Source: Rickettsiales bacterium
GTDB lineage: Bacteria > Pseudomonadota > Alphaproteobacteria > UBA8366
Assembly: GCA_002724555.1 (NCBI GenBank)
Contig: PBOZ01000039.1
Coordinates: 16,229-80,228 of the forward strand
Reading direction: 5' to 3'
DNA: 64,000 bases
The notes beneath the pieces were generated by a model. That model was not told the DNA's origin, did not search any database, and worked only from the letters and a program-made list of their open reading frames with translations. Below are positions 58,270 to 64,000 of this stretch, piece by piece. Within the stretch, counting starts at the first letter, position 1. Each line of letters opens with the position of its first letter. The translations under genes were made by a program, and so were the position numbers.

Positions 58270-58845
58270 ATGGTCACCGACTTTAGTTCCCCAGATTATC
58301 TGACTGGTCAATTGCTAATAGCTATGCCAGCGATGGGTGATCCTCGATTTTCTAGAAGCGTGATTTATATGTGCGTGCATAACGAGGAAGGGGCAATGGG
58401 CCTGATCATAAACAAATTGGCAGACACGCTTTCCTTCACAGAATTGTTAACTCAACTCGGAATCAAAAATCTTAGCGAAACCCCACAATTGCCGATACAT
58501 ATCGGTGGCCCTGTCGAGACCGGACGCGGCTTCGTTTTGCATTCGTCCGAATACAATCAAGATGGCACGATCGAAGTGACCGGCAGTGTGTCCTTAACGG
58601 CGACGATTGACATTCTAAAAGACATCGCACAGGAACGAGGACCGGAAAAATTTCTATTAGCCCTGGGATATGCAGGTTGGGGCGCAGGTCAGCTCGATGG
58701 CGAAATTCAAAAAAACGCGTGGCTACACGTCCCAGCGGACCCCGAGCTCACCTTTGGTAAAGATAATGAAAGCAAATGGGAGGAAGCTATTGCGAAAATT
58801 GGAGTGAACCCAAGCTTGCTGTCCGGCGAAGCCGGACATGCATAA
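58270..58845 (+). CDS. YqgE/AlgH family protein (UPF0301)
   Basis: GQLLIAMPAMGDPRFSRSVIYMCVHNEEGAMGLIINK...GGPV...GYAGWGAGQLDGEI is diagnostic of the family. Confidence 0.88.
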   Translation: MVTDFSSPDYLTGQLLIAMPAMGDPRFSRSVIYMCVHNEEGAMGLIINKLADTLSFTELLTQLGIKNLSETPQLPIHIGGPVETGRGFVLHSSEYNQDGTIEVTGSVSLTATIDILKDIAQERGPEKFLLALGYAGWGAGQLDGEIQKNAWLHVPADPELTFGKDNESKWEEAIAKIGVNPSLLSGEAGHA

Positions 58846-58854
58846 CCTGCACAC

Positions 58855-59451
58855 TTAGTCCTTTGTTTTAGGATCCGTATTAAGAATGCCGAAGGTCCGG
58901 TGGTCCTGCCATCGCCCATCAATACGAAGGTAATTGCGCGCAAGTCCCTCCTCAGAGAAACCTACCTTCAAAAGTAATTTTCTGCTCGGTTGATTGTGGA
59001 CCAAGCAAGCCGCCTCAATGCGGTGTAGCCCTAAGTCTTCAAATGCTAGGTCTAAAATCAGATGGACCGCTTCCGTCATATGTCCTCGCCGAACATAGGG
59101 TTTCCCCATCCAGTATCCAATCGTTCCCGCCTGCGTGACCCCACGACGCAAGTTTGACAGCGTAATACCGCCCACGAGATCGTCCGTTAAACAATGGAAA
59201 ATAAAAAATGGATAGGACGTGCCATTCTTCCAATCTTGCTTAAACCGGCGCAAACGACGACGAAATGCCGTCTTCGCAGCACCATCCTCCGGCCATGTAG
59301 GCTCCCATGGCTGCAAGAAATCCTTGCTCAACCCGCGAATTTCCACCCATTGACGTTGATCGCGGCGGTGTGGCGCACGCATGTAAACATTTTCACCACG
59401 GAGAACAGTCTTTGTATTCTTAAAAATCGGGAGGCTAAACACAGCCAACAT
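58855..59451 (-). CDS. GNAT-family N-acetyltransferase (RimJ/RimL-like)
   Basis: GYWMGKPYVRRGHMTEAV...LGLHRIEAACLVHNQPSRKLLLKVGF is typical of the acetyltransferase core. Confidence 0.8.
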   Translation of the reverse strand: MLAVFSLPIFKNTKTVLRGENVYMRAPHRRDQRQWVEIRGLSKDFLQPWEPTWPEDGAAKTAFRRRLRRFKQDWKNGTSYPFFIFHCLTDDLVGGITLSNLRRGVTQAGTIGYWMGKPYVRRGHMTEAVHLILDLAFEDLGLHRIEAACLVHNQPSRKLLLKVGFSEEGLARNYLRIDGRWQDHRTFGILNTDPKTKD

Positions 59452-59473
59452 CTCCGATCGGAAGTTCGCAGAT

Positions 59474-60733
59474 TTATATCGCTAACGCCGCTGCAATTTC
59501 ATCATACTCAATGATTTGGTTCGCCGGCCCTATTGTGGCAATTGTTGGTTTTCCAGAAAAAGTACGTTCGGCGATGCCGCAAATAGCATCTTTGTCCACC
59601 GATTCGATTTTCCCAATCTGTTCGTTTAAGGTTAATGGGTGGCCAAAGATTAACATTTGCTGTGCAAGCTGCTCGCAGCGGGCCCCTGTCGATTCAAGTG
59701 ACATCAACGTTCCAGCCTTCAACTGCATCCGTGCACGCGCAATTTCGCGATCCGTGATCGTCGCCGAAAGCCGATTGATCTCAGCACAAATCGCAGGGAT
59801 CATCTGATTAATGTCATCGGGGCTGGTCCCGCCATAGATGCCAAATAAACCACAATCGCGATAAAATGAGGGATAACAGTAGATCGAGTAAACGAGTCCA
59901 CGTTTCTCGCGAATTTCCTGAAACAGACGAGACGACATGCCGCCACCCAACAGTGTCGACATGACCGACATCGAATAAAATTCATCATCTTTATAGGACA
60001 AACCAGGAAAACCAAGCAGCAAGTGAACTTGCTCCAAGTCCCGGTCTTCGAGATGGACACCGCCTTTATATTTGCCTGGCTCAATTACGACGTCGCTAGA
60101 TTCTGGAATAGAATCAAATAACCGGCGGGCTTCTCCAACAAACGTTTTGTGATCTATATTTCCAGCCGCAGCAAGCACCATCCGGTCACCACTATATCCG
60201 CTTTTCATATGCTGCATGATCCGCTCACGCGGCATCATACCGACCGTATCGACGCTACCCAGGACCGGGCGGCCCAGAGGTTGGTCCGGGAATGCGGCTA
60301 GTTGGAAGGAGTCGAAAACTCGATCATCCGGGGTATCCTGAGCTTGACCGATCTCCTGAATAACGACCGCACGTTCACGTTCTAGCTCTTCTGCATCAAA
60401 AATAGAATTCTGTAAAATATCAGAGAGTAAATCGAGAGCGAGGCCAGTATTCTCCTTTAGGACTTTTGCGTAATAAGCCGTCTGTTCACGACCTGTATAC
60501 GCATTAAGGTGGCCGCCAACCGCCTCAATTTCTTCAACAATATCCCTCGCGCTGCGCCTTTCTGTGCCCTTGAACGCCATGTGTTCCAATAAGTGAGCGA
60601 CCCCATTGACCTCAGCCAGCTCGTTTCGAGAACCGCTGCCAACCCATACACCACAGGAAACCGTCTCAACTCGTGGCATTGCTTCCGTAACAACACGCAT
60701 ACCGTTTTCGAGCATCGAAACTTGTACGCTCAT
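59474..60733 (-). CDS. M16-family zinc metallopeptidase (pitrilysin/processing-peptidase-like)
   Basis: Inverted zinc motif GVAHLLEHMAFKGT and a downstream Glu region. 419 aa. ATGA overlap with thrC. Confidence 0.88.
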   Translation of the reverse strand: MSVQVSMLENGMRVVTEAMPRVETVSCGVWVGSGSRNELAEVNGVAHLLEHMAFKGTERRSARDIVEEIEAVGGHLNAYTGREQTAYYAKVLKENTGLALDLLSDILQNSIFDAEELERERAVVIQEIGQAQDTPDDRVFDSFQLAAFPDQPLGRPVLGSVDTVGMMPRERIMQHMKSGYSGDRMVLAAAGNIDHKTFVGEARRLFDSIPESSDVVIEPGKYKGGVHLEDRDLEQVHLLLGFPGLSYKDDEFYSMSVMSTLLGGGMSSRLFQEIREKRGLVYSIYCYPSFYRDCGLFGIYGGTSPDDINQMIPAICAEINRLSATITDREIARARMQLKAGTLMSLESTGARCEQLAQQMLIFGHPLTLNEQIGKIESVDKDAICGIAERTFSGKPTIATIGPANQIIEYDEIAAALAI

Positions 60734-62133
60734 ACAGCACCTTGTAGCATGATGTTTTCTTGGACAAATCCTTGAACAATTTTAATATCATTCGCAAGAA
60801 CAGTGAAATGTTCTTCACGCTCAAACAAATCACCGAGATTTATCGGCAATTGAGGACGAATACCTGTCGCTCTTTCGACGGCATCGGGAAATTTTGCTGG
60901 ATGAGCCACTGCTTGCGCGATTACAGGGGTCACGCCACGACGACACTCACGGGCCGCAGCAACTCCAATCGCTGTGTGTGGGTCAATTAACTCACCAGAG
61001 ACTTGAAGCGTTCGCGCCATTTCGGCCATAGTTTCCCGGTCATCCAATCGATGAGCAGAAATTAAATCTACCGCACGTTTATGCTGATGTTCGCCAAGAG
61101 CAAGCTTTCCTTCGCGCCGAAATGCTGCCATCGCCTTGGTCAGAGAGACGCCGTCGCGCCCGTAAAGATCAAACAAGAAACGCTCAAAGTTGCTAGAGAC
61201 TTGAATGTCCATACTTGGCGAAATTGTTTGGCTGACCTCTCCTATCGAAAGTTCGCCTGTCGCAAAGAAGCGGGTCAATATATCGTTTCTGTTGGTCCCG
61301 ATGATGAGTTGATCTACCGGTAAGCCACACGTTTTTGCGGCATAAGCCGCAAAAACATTTCCAAAATTCCCCGTCGGAACCGAAAACGATACCGGCCGGT
61401 CCGGCGCCCCCACGGATAACGCCGCATGGAAGTAGTATACAATTTGCGCGGCGACCCTAGCCCAATTGATCGAATTAACAGCGGCTAGTTGGGCGTTTTG
61501 GCGAAAGGCAGTATCAGCAAACATCGCCTTCACAAGATCTTGGCAATCATCAAAAGTGCCTTCAACTGCCACGCAGTAGACATTGGAGGCACCCACCGTC
61601 GTCATCTGACGCCGCTGCACCTCAGAAACGCGCCCATGGGGGTACAAAATAAAGCAATCGATTGACTTACGGTCCCGACACGCTTCAATAGCGGCGGAGC
61701 CAGTATCGCCAGATGTCGCTCCAACAATCGTCACACGCTCCCCCTTTTGGGCGAGAACATAGTCAAACAATCGGCCTATCAACTGCATTGGATAGTCTTT
61801 AAACGACAGTGTCGGGCCGTGGAAAAGCTCCATTAACCACAGATCAGTCTCAAGCTGCTTAAGAGGAGCAACCGCAGAGTGCAAAAATTCTTTAAATGTT
61901 TCTTCAACAATGCCGGCAAAAACATCTGGCGCGATTCTTCTGCCAAGGAATGGCGTCATGACACGAACCACCAGCTCGGCGTAGTTGAGATCCCGCATCT
62001 CACGAATGTCTGCAGTATCAAATTTCGGCCAAGATTCAGGCAGATATAATCCACCGTCACTCGCTAGTCCCGCGAGCAGGACATCATCGAAATCAAGTAC
62101 CGGTGCGTCGCCACGTGTACTAATATATTGCAA
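60730..62133 (-). CDS. thrC: Threonine synthase
   Basis: QYISTRG start and PLP-Lys motif GPTLSFKDYPMQL. The TTG at 62133 follows a purine-rich GAGAGAAGA and gives a 467-aa product. The track start at 62223 adds 30 unconserved residues. Confidence 0.9.
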   Translation of the reverse strand: MQYISTRGDAPVLDFDDVLLAGLASDGGLYLPESWPKFDTADIREMRDLNYAELVVRVMTPFLGRRIAPDVFAGIVEETFKEFLHSAVAPLKQLETDLWLMELFHGPTLSFKDYPMQLIGRLFDYVLAQKGERVTIVGATSGDTGSAAIEACRDRKSIDCFILYPHGRVSEVQRRQMTTVGASNVYCVAVEGTFDDCQDLVKAMFADTAFRQNAQLAAVNSINWARVAAQIVYYFHAALSVGAPDRPVSFSVPTGNFGNVFAAYAAKTCGLPVDQLIIGTNRNDILTRFFATGELSIGEVSQTISPSMDIQVSSNFERFLFDLYGRDGVSLTKAMAAFRREGKLALGEHQHKRAVDLISAHRLDDRETMAEMARTLQVSGELIDPHTAIGVAAARECRRGVTPVIAQAVAHPAKFPDAVERATGIRPQLPINLGDLFEREEHFTVLANDIKIVQGFVQENIMLQGAV

Positions 62134-62535
62134 TCTTCTCTCGCCCCCGGATGCCAGGGTTAACGTATCTTCCGCGCCAAGCTCAAGCAAGCGTACCCAT
62201 GCAACGGCAGCAGGGAAAAACACTAGCCTTTGCGCATTCCCTGATCAACGAACTACAAACGATTCCTGACTTCAAAATAGACGAGCGTCGGGTATGCTTC
62301 TGCGTACTGAGATCATGGTCGCTACCGATACTTCAATATCTGATGTCTGCCATTGACTAATCTGTGCCAACAGTAATCGTATTTGACAATTGTATTGTAT
62401 TTAACGGTTGCGATACTGCCATTGCATAATGAACTTAGTACCATTGATGGCAGCCTCGACCATCGTTGCTGTATGAAATATTGATTTCAATCATCGAACC
62501 AAAATTATTTTGCATCTTGAAGATTACTTCATTAA

Positions 62536-64000
62536 TCACGCTTCATCTAAGTATCTGGTTCTCAAGTGTGCTTTGAATGCCTCAGGTTTGAGTATCTGAC
62601 CAGTCGCCTGCTGCAAAATTTCATTCGTTGTAAAACGGGCGCCCAGATCATGAACATTTTTTCGAAGCCATCGCATAAGAGGGGAAAAATCCCCTCTCCC
62701 CAGAGCAGAAACAATGTTGGGGTCGCTCTCGCGAGCGGCAGCAAATAGCTGGGCTGCCGCCATGGCGCCAATGGAATATGTTGGAAAATATCCCCAAGCG
62801 CCGTCATACCAATGAATATCCTGCAGGCAGCCATGTTGATCATTTGGCGGACTAATCGCCAACAGCTGTTTAAACTGATCTTCCCACGCGCTGGGAAGAT
62901 CCCTTGGCAGCAGGTCACCATCGATCATTGCTCGTTCCAAGCGATATCTTAGAGCAACGTGCGCGGGGTAAGTAACCTCATCGGCGTCGACCCGAATGAA
63001 GCTTCGCTCGACCCTAGTTGCAAGGCGATAAAGGTTATCAGCATCCCAACCCTTCCCACTGCCTGCAAAGGAATCGCGGATTACCGGCGCCGCCCAGCTA
63101 AAAAAGGATCGCGAACGACTCGCCTGCATTTCTACTATTAAGGACTGGCTTTCGTGCATTCCGAGGCCAGCAGTTTCACCTATCGGCTGATAACGCCACT
63201 TCAAAGGGCGACCGCGTTCGTACATCGCGTGTCCAGTTTCATGCAGAACACCCATCATCGCAGATGTGAAATCCGCCTCATCGTAACGAGTCGTAATACG
63301 GCTGTCTTCCGGTATACCTCCGGAGAACGGATGTAAGGTCGCATCGAGGCGGCCGGTCGAAAAATCAAAGCCCACCGCTTCCGCCATGCGCCGACAAAGT
63401 ACCGCTTGCCGCGGTTTTAAAAAGGGACCCTGCGGCAGATGTGGGACCGGCCGGCCCGATTGACGCTCCAGAACATCTTCTAAAAAAGCTGGCAAAAACA
63501 AAGCGTAGTCATCAAACAACGCATCCAACTGTTCGATTTTGATATCCTGCTCATAAGAATCAAGGAGCGCTTCATATGGAGGAATACCTAGCACTTCGGA
63601 TTTTGCCTTCGCCACCTCACGTACCAGCCCCAAAAGATTCTCTAACTCTGGCAATATTAACACGAAATTACTTTCATGCCTGGCCATCCGCCAAACAGAT
63701 TCTGTCTTCACACAAGATCGCGTGAACGCATCCAAAAGATCCTCTGGCACTGCTGTTGTATGAAGCCACCGGCGTCTCATTAACTGCAGATTTCGAATCT
63801 GCCATTCATCGAGTTCCGCCGAAGCATTTTCTGCGTCCGCCAGAAAATCGGCGACTTCGCTCGATGAGAGAATTTCATGCGCAATAAGTTTTAAGTTCGC
63901 AATCTGCTCACCACGTGCTGCGCTCGAGCGATCCGGCATCATAACAGACATATCCCACCGCAACATGCCAACAGCCTCATCAATCAGAGAAAGCCGCCTA
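62536..64000 (-). CDS. Carboxypeptidase Taq-type M32 metallopeptidase, 5' end outside the window
   Basis: Zinc site VLHETGHAMYE, HPFSGG and HESQS motifs, and IHWYDGAWGYFPTY. The frame stays open upstream of the ATG at 63966 to the window edge (RRLSLIDEAVG...). Confidence 0.88.
   Translation of the reverse strand, partial: RRLSLIDEAVGMLRWDMSVMMPDRSSAARGEQIANLKLIAHEILSSSEVADFLADAENASAELDEWQIRNLQLMRRRWLHTTAVPEDLLDAFTRSCVKTESVWRMARHESNFVLILPELENLLGLVREVAKAKSEVLGIPPYEALLDSYEQDIKIEQLDALFDDYALFLPAFLEDVLERQSGRPVPHLPQGPFLKPRQAVLCRRMAEAVGFDFSTGRLDATLHPFSGGIPEDSRITTRYDEADFTSAMMGVLHETGHAMYERGRPLKWRYQPIGETAGLGMHESQSLIVEMQASRSRSFFSWAAPVIRDSFAGSGKGWDADNLYRLATRVERSFIRVDADEVTYPAHVALRYRLERAMIDGDLLPRDLPSAWEDQFKQLLAISPPNDQHGCLQDIHWYDGAWGYFPTYSIGAMAAAQLFAAARESDPNIVSALGRGDFSPLMRWLRKNVHDLGARFTTNEILQQATGQILKPEAFKAHLRTRYLDEA

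Noticed and set aside
62415-62452. Inverted repeat CTGCCAT...ATGGCAG in the thrC / M32-peptidase spacer.
   Set aside because: The stem is 7 bp with a 24-nt loop and no T-run. This is within chance expectation for a 300-bp AT-rich spacer.
1-64000. A search by eye for CRISPR arrays, tandem repeats, IS elements or transposases, phage genes, toxin-antitoxin pairs and known defence-system components.
   Set aside because: None were recognised. CcrM is an orphan cell-cycle methyltransferase with no adjacent restriction enzyme. Exhaustive repeat detection cannot be done by eye, so short dispersed repeats could have been missed.

Overview
This is a densely coding 64-kb bacterial chromosomal window. 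It is probably from a marine alphaproteobacterium. That is an inference from the CcrM-type GANTC methyltransferase, an F0-only atpI-B-E-F'-F operon with both b and b' subunits, the mutY / DUF721 / dsbA-like / smc arrangement, and ETF-QO. Positions 1-27037 form an accessory-looking catabolic block. It holds oxidoreductases (LLM, OYE, Rieske, GMC, PhyH, TauD, FMN hydroxy-acid oxidase), CoA-dependent enzymes, two MFS transporters and one DASS transporter. I recognise no transcription factor or integrase in it. The block ends at a tRNA-Gln(UUG) at 27072-27146. Most of the rest is housekeeping: ispE, ETF-QO, UDG, Slt, moaB, rnhB, ccrM, mutY, smc, atp F0, thrB, rnhA, dsbD-like, thrC, and M16 and M32 peptidases. 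A second small accessory cluster sits at 40398-44774. The most interesting observation is an AhpD/carboxymuconolactone-decarboxylase-family gene at 10997-11515 (minus strand). The ORF track splits it in two at an in-frame TGA. That TGA lies exactly at the second Cys of the redox CxxC motif, and a strong stem-loop follows 6 nt downstream. This makes it a candidate selenoprotein (CxxU) with a bacterial SECIS-like element. Several decayed gene remnants are also visible: an enoyl-CoA hydratase / CoA-transferase deletion chimera, a PA0069-type radical SAM remnant, and an alpha/beta-hydrolase stub. A TIGR04282/TIGR04283-like glycosyltransferase pair lacks its usual radical-SAM partner. No CRISPR array, transposase, phage gene or recognisable defence system was seen. 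All family assignments come from reading motifs in the translations. No database search was run.
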